Positions 21,624 to 31,655 of a stretch of 61,697 nt of DNA are shown here, one piece after another; the stretch's first letter is position 1; each line of letters opens with the position of its first letter. The notes under the pieces were generated by a model, which made no database searches, was not told the origin of the DNA, and saw only the letters and a program-made list of their open reading frames with translations. Location: the NCBI GenBank assembly GCA_036519055.1, contig DATDLZ010000074.1:1-61697 (forward strand). Reading direction: 5' to 3'. Both the position numbers and the translations under genes were made by a program. The DNA is from Mycobacterium sp. (GTDB lineage: Bacteria; Actinomycetota; Actinomycetes; Mycobacteriales; Mycobacteriaceae).

Positions 21624-22655
21624 CTACTCGGACGACGCAGCCTTGCTGTTTCGCTTGGCATTCTTCATGTTGGCCCAGAACCGCGCGGCCTCCCGAATGG
21701 ACTCCTCGACCGGCCTTGGCTCCCAGCCCAATTCGCGAGTGGCCTTGCTGTGGTCGACAGGAGCTTCGGCACGCATCATCCGCACCGACTTCATGCTGAG
21801 TTCGGCGTCTTTACCCGTCAACCGGGCCCGCAGGGTTCCCATCGCTCCCAATCCGTACAGCACCGGCACCGAGATCGATCGCCGCGGCGGCGGCACGCCT
21901 GCCTCGTCGGCCGCGATCTCGACCACCTCTTTCAGCGGGATCATGCGCTCGGAAATCAGATAGCGCTCGCCGACGCGGCCACGCTCGGCCGCCAGCAACA
22001 TGGCCTGCGCCGCGTCGTCGACACCGACGACCTCAAGCTGGATGCCGTTCATCGAGAACGGCAGCTTGCCGAAGACGGCCCCGGCGATGAATGCGCCGTG
22101 CGGGGTACGGCCCCAGTCGCCGGAGCCATAGGTCGTCGAAACGCACATGGCGACGGCGGGCAGCCCGGCTTCGGCCGCGTACTGCAGCACCAGATCCTCG
22201 GCCTGGACCCGCGAGTCGACGTAGGGGGTGAGGTTGCGGCGGTCGATCGGGTCGTCCTCGGTGGCTACGTGGCCATGACGACGACCCACCGTCGCATACG
22301 TACTGGTGAACACGAACCGCTTCAATGTGGACGAAATCGGTTCTGCCACAGCTACATCCATGACACTGCGCACACCTTCGACGTTCGTGTGGAACAGCGG
22401 AGACGGGTCTTGCAGCCAGGCCCGGGTGTCGACGACGCAGTAGTAGACCTCGTCGCAGCCCTCCATCGCCTCGCGCACGGTAGCCCTATCGAAGACGTCG
22501 CCGCGGAAACGGGTGACGTCCAGGTCGTCGATGCTGCGGGTATTGGCGGTCGGGCGGACCATCGCGCGCACGTCGGCGCCGGCGGCGATGAGTTGGCGGG
22601 TGACATGCGAGCCCAGGAAGCCGTTGGCGCCGATGACCAGCTTGGGGGCGCTCAC
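21624..22655 (-). CDS. NAD-dependent epimerase/dehydratase family oxidoreductase, Rv0139-like
   Basis: GANGFLGS, FTST, YVDSR; GTGA coupling to the upstream gene. Confidence 0.9.
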   Translation of the reverse strand: MSAPKLVIGANGFLGSHVTRQLIAAGADVRAMVRPTANTRSIDDLDVTRFRGDVFDRATVREAMEGCDEVYYCVVDTRAWLQDPSPLFHTNVEGVRSVMDVAVAEPISSTLKRFVFTSTYATVGRRHGHVATEDDPIDRRNLTPYVDSRVQAEDLVLQYAAEAGLPAVAMCVSTTYGSGDWGRTPHGAFIAGAVFGKLPFSMNGIQLEVVGVDDAAQAMLLAAERGRVGERYLISERMIPLKEVVEIAADEAGVPPPRRSISVPVLYGLGAMGTLRARLTGKDAELSMKSVRMMRAEAPVDHSKATRELGWEPRPVEESIREAARFWANMKNAKRNSKAASSE

Positions 22656-23167
22656 TGTGACCCTCCGAAAGTCCCGCCGTATGTCTGCAGCCAGCGGGCG
22701 GCGTCATCGTCGAGCGTGCCCAGTGCCTCGGCTTTTTTGCACCACTTGATTCCCGCCTGCAGAAAGCGCAGCGGGTTGTAGATGTCTTCTTGTCTGCACC
22801 ATTGGCCGTCGCCCGCGTAAGTGATGATCGAGATGTTCGTCGCGCTGATGATCGTGCCGTCGCCCGGGTCGACCATCGGATTGTCGAGCTCGCAGATGAT
22901 CCGTCCGCCTGCCTCATCGATCACCGACCACAGCGACGGGAAAGCCGTCATGTGGCTGCCCGGGAAAGTTGTCATCGTCTTGCGGATCCAGGTGAGCACC
23001 TCGTCGCGGCCCTTCATGGTGCCGGCGGCGTGCTCGATGTAGTCGACATCCGGGGTGTAGTGCTGCACCCAGCGGTCCCAATTCTTGGTCTCGGCCGCGT
23101 GGGCCACGGTCTGCTCAACCGTGTCGAACGCGGCGGCGAGCTCGTCGCGGGTAAAAACCTGGTTCAC
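22652..23167 (-). CDS. NTF2/SnoaL-like protein, Rv0138-like
   Basis: FTRDELAAAF, YTPDVDYIEH, WCRQEDIYNP; the longer ORF-track start is antisense to msrA. Confidence 0.85.
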   Translation of the reverse strand: MNQVFTRDELAAAFDTVEQTVAHAAETKNWDRWVQHYTPDVDYIEHAAGTMKGRDEVLTWIRKTMTTFPGSHMTAFPSLWSVIDEAGGRIICELDNPMVDPGDGTIISATNISIITYAGDGQWCRQEDIYNPLRFLQAGIKWCKKAEALGTLDDDAARWLQTYGGTFGGSQ

Positions 23168-23176
23168 GCAAGAAAC

Positions 23177-23190
23177 TAGAACACGTTCTA
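23177..23190. promoter_or_regulatory. KstR operator
   Basis: TAGAACACGTTCTA is an exact match to TnnAACnnGTTnnA, 10 bp upstream of the Rv0138-like start. Confidence 0.85.
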
Positions 23191-23224
23191 TTGCGGTTTG
23201 TCGAGGAAGTGGATAATCGGGGAG

Positions 23225-23740
23225 ATGACGGACTACAGCAAGGCAATACTGGCCGGTGGCTGCTTCTGGGGTATGCAGGACCTGATCCGCAAGCAGCCCG
23301 GAGTGGTCTCGACCCGAGTCGGCTACACCGGGGGCGACGTGCGTAACGCGACGTACCGCAATCACGGAACCCATGCCGAAGCCATCGAGATCACCTACGA
23401 CCCGGCGGTCACCGACTTCCGCGCAATGCTGGAGTTCTTCTTCCAGATCCACGACCCGACCACCAAGAACCGGCAGGGCAACGACGTCGGAACCAGCTAC
23501 CGCTCGGCGATCTTCTATGTCGACGACGACCAGCAGCGCGTCGCGCTGGACACCATCGCCGACGTCGAGGCCTCAGGTCTGTGGCCGGGCAAGGTGGTGA
23601 CCGAAGTCAGCCCCGCCGGCGACTTCTGGCAGGCCGAGCCTGAACACCAGGACTACCTGCAGCACTACCCCAATGGGTACACCTGTCACTTCATCCGGCC
23701 GGGATGGAAGTTGCCACGACGGGCCTCAGCCGAGACGTAA
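23225..23740 (+). CDS. msrA: Peptide-methionine (S)-S-oxide reductase
   Basis: GGCFWG motif, [17 protein letters not shown]. Confidence 0.96.
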   Translation: MTDYSKAILAGGCFWGMQDLIRKQPGVVSTRVGYTGGDVRNATYRNHGTHAEAIEITYDPAVTDFRAMLEFFFQIHDPTTKNRQGNDVGTSYRSAIFYVDDDQQRVALDTIADVEASGLWPGKVVTEVSPAGDFWQAEPEHQDYLQHYPNGYTCHFIRPGWKLPRRASAET

Positions 23741-23743
23741 CGG

Positions 23744-24418
23744 CTAGGTGCGGTTGACCTGTCCCAGCCCGGGATCTGCCGTCAGCTGAAATGCCGCGCG
23801 CATCGCTTCGATCGCGGCGGCACTGCCCTCGAACTTCCACCGCCGCAACGCGGCCTTCCGCTCGGCGGCGGTGCCGCCAAGACGCGCGGTGATCAGGTCG
23901 GCCGCAGTCGCGGTCACGGTGACGGCCGGTGGGTCCTCAGCGCCGGCCAGTCCGTGGCGAGTAGCCGCGAATCCGAAACGGCGACCGTCGATTTCAACGC
24001 TGTAAGACGTCGACACATCCGGGGCCCGAGCTGGGTCGAAGCCGAGCAGGATTCCGGCGAGAAATCCGTTGAGCGGTGTCAGCACGCTGTCGGCGGGTTC
24101 GAGCAGATCCAATCCGAATGTGGCGACGGCCTTGATCACCGGCGGTACTTTGCCCCACCCCTCTTCGCTGAGCGTGTACACGGTGCGGGCAACGGGCGGC
24201 GGTAATTCGCTGCGACAGATCAGGCCGGTCTCTTCGAGTTCACGCAACCGGTCGGCGAGCAGGTTAGTGGCGATGCCCGGAAGTGCCGCACGCATATCGC
24301 CATAGCGGCGGGCCCCACCGATGAGCTCGCGCAGGATCAGCAGCGTCCACCGCTCACCGAGGACGTCAAGCCCGCGGGCTATCGGGCAGTTCTGGTTGTA
24401 ACTCTTGCGACCGGCCAC
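23744..24418 (-). CDS. HxlR-family winged-helix regulator with C-terminal SCP2-like domain
   Basis: YNQNCPIARGLDVLGERWTLLILRELI, LPGIATNLLADRLREL. Confidence 0.88.
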   Translation of the reverse strand: MAGRKSYNQNCPIARGLDVLGERWTLLILRELIGGARRYGDMRAALPGIATNLLADRLRELEETGLICRSELPPPVARTVYTLSEEGWGKVPPVIKAVATFGLDLLEPADSVLTPLNGFLAGILLGFDPARAPDVSTSYSVEIDGRRFGFAATRHGLAGAEDPPAVTVTATAADLITARLGGTAAERKAALRRWKFEGSAAAIEAMRAAFQLTADPGLGQVNRT

Positions 24419-24496
24419 ACCAGCCACTCTACCGCATCGACTCGTTAATAAAGTTAATGCTTGATTTTCTTGTCTATTGAGTTTACGGTTCTGTCC

Positions 24497-26071
24497 ATGC
24501 GCAACTTCCCCCGCCCGCCCGTGTTCCGTGATCATCCGATCGCCGCACTGGCCGCCATCTGCATCAGCGTGTTCGTCATCAGCGTCGATGCCACCATCGT
24601 CAACGTCGCTCTGCCGACACTGTCCCGAGAGTTGAACGCCGATACCGCGCAATTGCAGTGGATCGTGGACGCCTACACCCTCGTTATGGCAGGCCTGTTG
24701 TTGTCGGTAGGCAGCCTCAGCGACCGATACGGCCGTCGGGGTTGGCTGAGTGGCGGGCTTGCCGCGTTCGCAATGACATCTGTTGTTGCGGCGCAGGCGA
24801 ACTCGGCGGACGCCTTGATCGCGGCCCGCGCCGCGATGGGGGTCGGCGCGGCGGTGATCTTTCCGACCACCCTGGGTCTGATCACGAACATCTTCACGGA
24901 TCCGGTGCGGCGGGCCAAGGCAATCGGCGTCTGGGCGGCGATGGTCGGTGTCGGCGTCGCCGTCGGACCGATGGCCGGCGGCTGGCTGCTTGAGCACTTT
25001 TCTTGGGGGTCAATATTTTTGGTGAACGTGCCGGTCGCAGCTGTGGCCATCGCGGGTGGGATTCTGTTCGTCCCGACGTCGCGTGATCCGGCCGCACCGA
25101 AGGTCGATATGCCCGGGCTCATCCTGTCCAGCATCGGCGTGACGGCGTTGATTTACACGGTTATCGAGGCCCCGCAGTGGGGATGGGGTAGCCCGCGGAC
25201 TCTGGCGGGCTTTGGCATCGCCACGATTGTTCTCGCCGCCTTCGCACGCTGGGAGTGGCGCAGTTCGCACCCGATGCTCGATGTCTCTGTGTTCGCGAAC
25301 CGGCGATTCTCCGGGGGGAGCCTGGCGGTGACCGCAGGCTTCCTCACCCTGTTCGGCTTTATCTTCGTGATTACCCAGTACTTCCAATTCATCAAGAGCT
25401 ACAGCGCATTCGAGGCGGGCGTACGGTTACTGCCCGTCGCCGTCTCGATCGCCGTCGCCAGTGTGCTGGGACCGCGCATCGTGGAGCGGGTCGGCAGCAC
25501 AGCGGTCGTAGCGGCGGGTCTCGCGATTTTCGCAGCTGGGCTCGCATGGGCCTCCACCGCCGATGCGGCCACACCCTACCTGCAGATCGCCGGGCAGATG
25601 GTGCTGCTTGGCGGCGGCCTAGGCCTGACCACCGCGCCGGCCACCGAAGCGATCATGGGCTCGCTCTCCATCGATAAGGCCGGTATCGGTTCGGCCGTCA
25701 ATGACACCACGCGCGAGTTGGGCGGCACCCTCGGCGTCGCGATCGTTGGCAGCGTGTTCGCATCCGTCTACTCCAGCCGCATCGGCTCCGCGTCGGCTCT
25801 TACGGCACTTCCAGGAGACGTCCGGTCCACAATGGAGCACTCAACGGCCGCCGCGTACAAGGTCATTGGGCAACTGCCCGCCGCGCAGGCCGCCGGTGTG
25901 CGCGATGCCGTCAACCACGCGTTCCTGGGCGGCATGCAGATTGGCTCCCTGGTGTGCGCGGCTATCGCACTGGCCGCGGCGGTCGTCGTCGCGGTTCTGC
26001 TGCCCGCGCGGGCACACCGACCGGCGACCGAGACCACTGAGTCGGCTGAATCAGAGGCGGTGATCGCCTGA
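24497..26071 (+). CDS. DHA2 (EmrB/QacA) MFS efflux transporter
   Basis: DATIVNVALP, WIVDAY, GSLSDRYGRR, about 14 hydrophobic segments. Confidence 0.92.
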   Translation: MRNFPRPPVFRDHPIAALAAICISVFVISVDATIVNVALPTLSRELNADTAQLQWIVDAYTLVMAGLLLSVGSLSDRYGRRGWLSGGLAAFAMTSVVAAQANSADALIAARAAMGVGAAVIFPTTLGLITNIFTDPVRRAKAIGVWAAMVGVGVAVGPMAGGWLLEHFSWGSIFLVNVPVAAVAIAGGILFVPTSRDPAAPKVDMPGLILSSIGVTALIYTVIEAPQWGWGSPRTLAGFGIATIVLAAFARWEWRSSHPMLDVSVFANRRFSGGSLAVTAGFLTLFGFIFVITQYFQFIKSYSAFEAGVRLLPVAVSIAVASVLGPRIVERVGSTAVVAAGLAIFAAGLAWASTADAATPYLQIAGQMVLLGGGLGLTTAPATEAIMGSLSIDKAGIGSAVNDTTRELGGTLGVAIVGSVFASVYSSRIGSASALTALPGDVRSTMEHSTAAAYKVIGQLPAAQAAGVRDAVNHAFLGGMQIGSLVCAAIALAAAVVVAVLLPARAHRPATETTESAESEAVIA

Positions 26072-26132
26072 AGACGATTGCTGCGCAACGCTTTTCCCGG
26101 AGCCAAATCGAGTCAACAAAGGAGCAACGCTG

Positions 26133-27242
26133 ATGAGCACACAACCTATAACCCTGGTGACCGCGGCAGCGGGCAAGACCGGCCGTCATACTGCGCTGGC
26201 GTTGCTGTCACGAGGCCTTCCGGTTCGCGCGATGGTCCATCGCGAAGACGCGCGCTCCGCGGCGCTGCGCCGCCGCGGAGCCGAGATCGTCGTCGGGAAT
26301 GTCAGCGACGTGCACGATGTGCGCAACGCGCTGGACGGCGTGCAGCGTGCCTACTGGACGGCCCCTGTGATGCCGAGTGCATTGGAAGCCGCCACCCTGT
26401 TCGCTGCCATCGCCGAGGAGAAGCGGCTCGAGGTCGTGGTATCCATGAGTCAATGGCTGGCCGACCCCGGTCACCTTTCGGCGCAGACCCGCACCACGTG
26501 GCTGGCCGACCGGGTGTTCGACTGGATGCCGACCGTCGGGTCGATCACGGTTAATCCGGGCTTCTTCGCGGAGAGCTACACCTACACGCTCGACTCCGTG
26601 GCGCAATTCGGGGTGTTGACACTCCCCTTCGGCGACGGGCTCAACGCTCCGCCGTCCAATGAGGACATCGCCGCGGTCGCCGCCGCTCTATTGGTAGATC
26701 CCGCACCGCATCTGGGCCGCAGCTACCGTCCCACCGGCCCGGAGTTGCTCACCCCCGGCGGCTACGCCGAAATCCTCAGCCGGGTGTTCGGCCGCACGAT
26801 CCGCTACCTCGATATCCCGTTCACCGTGCTGGCTAAGTCGGCCCGCTCGATCGGCTTCGACGAGTACACCCTCATCCAAATCAAGTGGTACGTCGACGAA
26901 CTCAAACGAGGCACCTTCGCCATCAACGCGCCCACTGATGCCGTCGAGCGGCTCACCGGCCGGCCGCCCGAGGACATGGAAACGATCGCTCGCCGCTATC
27001 TCACCACCATGCCCGGCACCACACGTGGCCTCTCCGGGATGGCCCGCGCCATGCGCCTGCTCGCGAAATCGGTTATCGCCCCTGCTCCGAACCGCAAGCG
27101 TTACCTGCGCACGTTCCAAGACGGCGCGTCCATCGGAGCACTGTCGATCGACTCCGATCTCTGGCAGAACACCCACGACCCCGACCGGATCCGCCACGCG
27201 CAACTGCCGCGGATCGGCGTGACTTCGGCGGTCGCACGATGA
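26133..27242 (+). CDS. NmrA-family NAD(P)-binding protein
   Basis: LVTAAAGKTG, VRAMVHRED, EDIAAVAAALL, YRPTGP; AAGGAG RBS. Confidence 0.82.
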   Translation: MSTQPITLVTAAAGKTGRHTALALLSRGLPVRAMVHREDARSAALRRRGAEIVVGNVSDVHDVRNALDGVQRAYWTAPVMPSALEAATLFAAIAEEKRLEVVVSMSQWLADPGHLSAQTRTTWLADRVFDWMPTVGSITVNPGFFAESYTYTLDSVAQFGVLTLPFGDGLNAPPSNEDIAAVAAALLVDPAPHLGRSYRPTGPELLTPGGYAEILSRVFGRTIRYLDIPFTVLAKSARSIGFDEYTLIQIKWYVDELKRGTFAINAPTDAVERLTGRPPEDMETIARRYLTTMPGTTRGLSGMARAMRLLAKSVIAPAPNRKRYLRTFQDGASIGALSIDSDLWQNTHDPDRIRHAQLPRIGVTSAVAR

Positions 27243-28069
27243 CCGGCCAGCCTGCCGTCGGTGCGGCGGCGCAGTACGCCGTCGGAGGGGTACGCGAGCG
27301 TATCGAGGCCGCGCTGCGCGCCGCCGGAAAGGATCTCGATGCGCTGAGCCCCGCCGACTTAGCCAGCGGCCTCGCCTCCTTCGAGCACTTCCACTCTCTG
27401 GGCCGCACCGGCACCACGGCGCTGCTGGAGGCCGCTCACGTCACCGCAGCCGATCACGTCCTCGACGCCGGCAGCAGCATCGGCGGAACCGCCCGCCTAC
27501 TGGCCGCCGAGCACGGCTGTCGGGTGACGGCGATCGATCTCACCGCTGAATACTGCGACACCGCCCGGTGGCTGAACGGCCTTGTACACCTCGAAGATCG
27601 GATCGAGGTGATCGAAGGAGATGTCACTGACCTGCCGTTGCCGGATGCCAGTGTCGATGTCGTTGTCAGTCAACACGTTCAGATGAACGTCGCCGACAAA
27701 TCGCGGCTGTACCGCGAAGCGCGCCGCGTTCTGCGCCCCGGTGGCCGACTCGCCCTCTGGGACGCCACGGCAGGACCCCGAGAGCCCCTGATTTTTCCCG
27801 TGCCGTGGGCAGACATACCCGAACGCAGCCACCTCATCACACCCGATGAGCTCGCCACGACGCTCAAGGATGCTGGGTTCGAGCTCGAGGTGTGGAATGA
27901 CCTGACCGAGTTCGCCGTCGCGGCCATGACGGCGATATTTGAGTCACCCACCGACCCGCTCGGACTCCAACTCGTCGTGCCCGATATCGAGACCAAGGTG
28001 ATGAACCTGCTGAAAAACGCCCGCGAAGACCGCTTGCGGCTCATCCAAGCTGTCGCGCTGGCCGTGTAA
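27239..28069 (+). CDS. Class I SAM-dependent methyltransferase (sarcosine/dimethylglycine MT-like)
   Basis: EHFHSLG, VLDAGSSIGG, SQHVQMN, RVLRPGG; ATGA coupled to NmrA. Confidence 0.85.
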   Translation: MTGQPAVGAAAQYAVGGVRERIEAALRAAGKDLDALSPADLASGLASFEHFHSLGRTGTTALLEAAHVTAADHVLDAGSSIGGTARLLAAEHGCRVTAIDLTAEYCDTARWLNGLVHLEDRIEVIEGDVTDLPLPDASVDVVVSQHVQMNVADKSRLYREARRVLRPGGRLALWDATAGPREPLIFPVPWADIPERSHLITPDELATTLKDAGFELEVWNDLTEFAVAAMTAIFESPTDPLGLQLVVPDIETKVMNLLKNAREDRLRLIQAVALAV

Positions 28070-28083
28070 CGCGGGCCCAGCCT

Positions 28084-28140
28084 CGAAATCGCCTCCAAGG
28101 CTGTGATTTTCGCGAGATCGCAGCCGTGACTGCCGTTTCG
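28084..28140. repeat. REP-like intergenic palindrome / bidirectional terminator
   Basis: GGCTGTGAT ... ATCGCAGCC stem within an outer CGAAA ... TTTCG pair between convergent genes. Confidence 0.45.
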
Positions 28141-28153
28141 CTCGACGGGACGG

Positions 28154-28612
28154 CTACTTGCCGATCGCGCGCAGCTGATATAGCCCGCGGGTGGTGGCGA
28201 CCGTCTTGCCGTCGGCGTCGGTCACCACTGCCTCGAGAGTGAAATCGGACTTACCCCGTTCGGCCGCTTCGGCTTCGATTCGCGCGATCGTCTCGTCGTC
28301 GAGGCTGGCCTGCGCCCGCAGTTCGGACCGGGCCATGCCGACGAAGGAGATGTCGACGTTTTTGACCAGTGGAAAGTACGTGGAGCTGTCGAAAGTGCTC
28401 AAAGCGATGATCCCGCCGAGGATTTCGGCCACGGTGAACTGAACACCCGCGTAGATGACGCCGAAGTGGTTGCCATTGCCCTCCACCGGAACCGTGGCTG
28501 CGGCAAAGCCGCGCCGCGCCTCCACAACTCGGACGCCCATGTTGCGCGCGGTCGGGATGGTGGAGCCCAGGGCGCCGTTCATCAGCTCGACGAGCTGGCT
28601 GTCATCGGTCAT
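28154..28612 (-). CDS. PaaI/hotdog-fold thioesterase (DUF4442-like)
   Basis: GNGNHFGVIYAGVQFTVAE, hotdog strand pattern. Confidence 0.82.
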   Translation of the reverse strand: MTDDSQLVELMNGALGSTIPTARNMGVRVVEARRGFAAATVPVEGNGNHFGVIYAGVQFTVAEILGGIIALSTFDSSTYFPLVKNVDISFVGMARSELRAQASLDDETIARIEAEAAERGKSDFTLEAVVTDADGKTVATTRGLYQLRAIGK

Positions 28613-28623
28613 AGCGACAGATC

Positions 28624-29952
28624 TTAACGTCGACGGACCACGATCTTTCCGCCGTCCTTCGGGGTGTAGGCCACACCGCGGGAGTGCAGCTTCTCCCCCG
28701 GCGCGTTCGTGGTTTCGATAGTGAAGTGACGCAACACTGTTCGCAGCACCACGTCCATCTCCATGTTGGCGAACGCGGCCCCCACACAGCGTCGGGAACC
28801 GCCGCCGTACGCCAGCCAGGCAAAGCTGGGCGGCTTGGTTCCGACGTAACGCTGTGGGTCGAATCGGTCCGGATCGGGGAACAACTCCGGGTCGGCGTGC
28901 AGCTTCGAAATGCTGACGATGATGGTGTGCCCTCGCGGAATGGACCATTCGCCGAGTTCGAAGACCGGCGCGTGCACGTGTCGGCCGGTGGCATCGATGA
29001 CGGTTCGGATTCGCTGCACCTCGAGGATGGTCGCCTGCCGAAGCTCGTTGTCGTCGGTCTCGGCCTCGGCGACCAGCGCAGTCAGCACTTCAGGGTGTCG
29101 GCTGAGCTGTTCGAATGCGAAGCCGAGCGTCGACGCGGTGGTCTCGTGCCCGGCCGCGAGCAAGGTGAGTAGCTCATCGCCAATGTCCTTGCGCGACATC
29201 GCCGAACCGTCCTCGTAGGTGCTGCGCAGCATCATCGCCAGCACATCGGTGCGATGCTCGAAGTTCGGGTCTGACCGCTCGGCGGCGATGAGCTTGTCGA
29301 GAACGGCGTCATAGCGGCGTCGGTACTCCGCCAGTCGGCCCCACGGCGAGTAGCGACCGTAGGTTCGGGAGGGTTTGGGCAGCGTCGCCAGCCGCGAACC
29401 CAACGTCACCCACGGCGGCAGGATCTGCCGAAGCTCATCGAGTTCGGCGCCCTCGGCACCGAACACCGCCCGCAGGATCGCGTTGAGCGTGATGCGCATC
29501 GTGGACGGCAGGGTGGCGAACGCCGTCCCCTCCGGCCAGTCGGCGATCTCGCGCAGCGTTTCCTCTTCGATGATCGACTCGTAGTTCTTGATGCTCTTGC
29601 CGTGGAAGGGCGGCGCGAGCAGTCGGCGGCGCTGCCGGTGATCGTCTTTGTCCAGCGCGAACACCGATCCGGATCCGAGCAACCGGCTCAGGTTGGGCTG
29701 AATGTTGCCGAGCACTTCCGGGCTGGCGGTGAAGACCTGTTTGGCCAGCTGCGGACTGGCCGCCACCACCAACGGGCCGTACACCGGCACGTGCAGCGAG
29801 AATGCGTCGCCGTAGCGGTGCGCCATCTCGTGCATGAACCGTCGCCGAACAAACGCGAAGGCGATCCCTTGCAACGCTTTTGGAATTCGGGGCCCAGGGG
29901 GCAACGTGCTGGCGGCCATCGTCGAAGCCGCATGCGTGTCGATGGTGCTCAT
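28624..29952 (-). CDS. cyp138: Cytochrome P450 CYP138
   Basis: AGHETT, EVQR, YGGGSRRCVG heme ligand; synteny with Rv0136. Confidence 0.9.
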   Translation of the reverse strand: MSTIDTHAASTMAASTLPPGPRIPKALQGIAFAFVRRRFMHEMAHRYGDAFSLHVPVYGPLVVAASPQLAKQVFTASPEVLGNIQPNLSRLLGSGSVFALDKDDHRQRRRLLAPPFHGKSIKNYESIIEEETLREIADWPEGTAFATLPSTMRITLNAILRAVFGAEGAELDELRQILPPWVTLGSRLATLPKPSRTYGRYSPWGRLAEYRRRYDAVLDKLIAAERSDPNFEHRTDVLAMMLRSTYEDGSAMSRKDIGDELLTLLAAGHETTASTLGFAFEQLSRHPEVLTALVAEAETDDNELRQATILEVQRIRTVIDATGRHVHAPVFELGEWSIPRGHTIIVSISKLHADPELFPDPDRFDPQRYVGTKPPSFAWLAYGGGSRRCVGAAFANMEMDVVLRTVLRHFTIETTNAPGEKLHSRGVAYTPKDGGKIVVRRR

Positions 29953-29976
29953 GGTGGTGCACTCCCAACATCGATA

Positions 29977-30027
29977 TGGTACTGCGCCGTACCACTACTC
30001 ATTACGGTACGGTACCGTGTGGTACCA
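29977..30027. promoter_or_regulatory. Two GGTAC-N6-GTACC operator palindromes
   Basis: TGGTAC-TGCGCC-GTACCA (29977-29994) and CGGTAC-CGTGTG-GTACCA (30010-30027) between divergent cyp138 and tetR. Confidence 0.65.
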
Positions 30028-30076
30028 AGTGCTGGCAAGGGTTGAGATGACGCTGGTTTGACACAAGGAGGCGCCG

Positions 30077-30694
30077 ATGGCGACGACCGTCGCGAAAGAT
30101 GCTTCCTCGGCTGACCCCACCGAGCTCGACCCGTTTCGACAACGCCTTCTGGATGGCCTCGCGGCGTCGATCACCGAGCGCGGATACCGTGCCAGCACCG
30201 TCGCCGATATCGTCCGGCACGCGAAGACGTCCAAGCGCACGTTCTACGACCAGTTCCCCAGCAAGGAGCAGTGCTTTCTCGAGCTGCTGCACGCTGACGT
30301 CGGAAAACTGGGCGAGGGCATTCGCGACGCCGTCGATGCCGACGCCGAATGGCAGACCCAGATCCGGCAGGCCGTCGAGGCTTACGTCGGCCACATCGAG
30401 TCGCGTCCGGCGCTCACGCTGAGCTGGATCCGCGAGCTGCCGTCGTTGGACGCCGCGGCGCGCCCGTTCCAGCGTCGCGGTATGCAACTCCTGACCAGCC
30501 TGCTGATGAACCTCAGCGGCAGCCCGGGCTTTCAGAACGCCGGCCTGCCGCCCCTGACCCAGGCGAAGGCGGTAATCCTGGTGGGCGGCCTACGCGAACT
30601 GACCGCTCTGGCAGTCGAAGACGGGCACACTATGCGCGAGATCGTCGAACCCGCGGTGCAGGCCTCGGTCGCGATGCTCGGCTATCGCCACTGA
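30077..30694 (+). CDS. TetR family regulator, Rv0135c-like
   Basis: GYRASTVADIVRHAKTSKRTFYDQF HTH. Confidence 0.92.
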   Translation: MATTVAKDASSADPTELDPFRQRLLDGLAASITERGYRASTVADIVRHAKTSKRTFYDQFPSKEQCFLELLHADVGKLGEGIRDAVDADAEWQTQIRQAVEAYVGHIESRPALTLSWIRELPSLDAAARPFQRRGMQLLTSLLMNLSGSPGFQNAGLPPLTQAKAVILVGGLRELTALAVEDGHTMREIVEPAVQASVAMLGYRH

Positions 30695-31579
30695 TCAGAT
30701 TTTGAGGAAGGCGCGCAGCCGGTCCAGCACCAGATCCGGGCGCTGCTCGACGATCCAATGGCCCACGCCGTCAACCAGCTCGACCTCGAAATCGCTGATG
30801 TGCTTGGCATATCCGTCGATCAGGTCTGGCGTGAGCACCGGGTCTGCGGTGCCACTCAGCCAGCGGACCGGGACGTCGATGCGCACGTCGTCGAATTCAC
30901 CCCGCAGCCAGCGCAGCATCTCGGTGCTCTGAAAAGTGCGGTACCACCGCGAGCCGGCGACGGCGTGTCCGGGCTGGCGCATGCACTCGAGGTACATCGC
31001 GACGTCGTCCTCGGGCAGCAGGAATCCGCCGCCGACCCAGGAGCCCAGCATCCGGAAAAACCGTCCCTTGGGATCACCGAGGACCCGCGGGCCGATCACC
31101 GGCAGCGCCATCGGAATCTGGTACCAGAACCGCCAGGCATTGCGCATTGACGATAGATCGCGCTGCACATAGGGCGCCGCGGTGTTGAGTCCGAAGAAGC
31201 CGGTCACCTTCGCCGGATGGCGCAGCATCATGATGAACGCGACCGGGCCGCCCCAGTCGTGAGCCACCAGTTTCACCGGCCCGACGCCCAACCGGTCCAG
31301 CACAGCCGCCAGGTCGTCGGCCATGTCGTTCTTCAGGTAGCGCGAGCGCGGTGCCGAACTCCAGCCCGCACCACGCAAATCGGGGCACAGCACGCGGTAG
31401 CCGTCGGCGGCCAGTGGTCCGATCAACTCGTGCCACTCCCACCAGTTCTCCGGGAATCCGTGCACCAGCATCACCGGCGGCCCGTCAGCGGGTCCGGCGT
31501 CGGCGACGTGAATCGTCACACCATCCCCGAGATCGACGTACTTGTGGTCTAGACCGTCGAGGGCGGGCAGAGCAACCAT
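30695..31579 (-). CDS. ephF: Epoxide hydrolase EphF-like alpha/beta hydrolase
   Basis: HGFP, DLRGAG, AHDWGG, GHW. Confidence 0.85.
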   Translation of the reverse strand: MVALPALDGLDHKYVDLGDGVTIHVADAGPADGPPVMLVHGFPENWWEWHELIGPLAADGYRVLCPDLRGAGWSSAPRSRYLKNDMADDLAAVLDRLGVGPVKLVAHDWGGPVAFIMMLRHPAKVTGFFGLNTAAPYVQRDLSSMRNAWRFWYQIPMALPVIGPRVLGDPKGRFFRMLGSWVGGGFLLPEDDVAMYLECMRQPGHAVAGSRWYRTFQSTEMLRWLRGEFDDVRIDVPVRWLSGTADPVLTPDLIDGYAKHISDFEVELVDGVGHWIVEQRPDLVLDRLRAFLKI

Positions 31580-31655
31580 GCGTTGCAACGTAGCCGATCA
31601 ACGCGTCGAACCGGAACCACTTGTGCGTGGTCCCGGTCCGACGTAGCTGCGCCGC

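Noticed and set aside
24419-24997. Apparent N-terminal extension of HxlR
   Set aside because: Antisense shadow of the MFS gene
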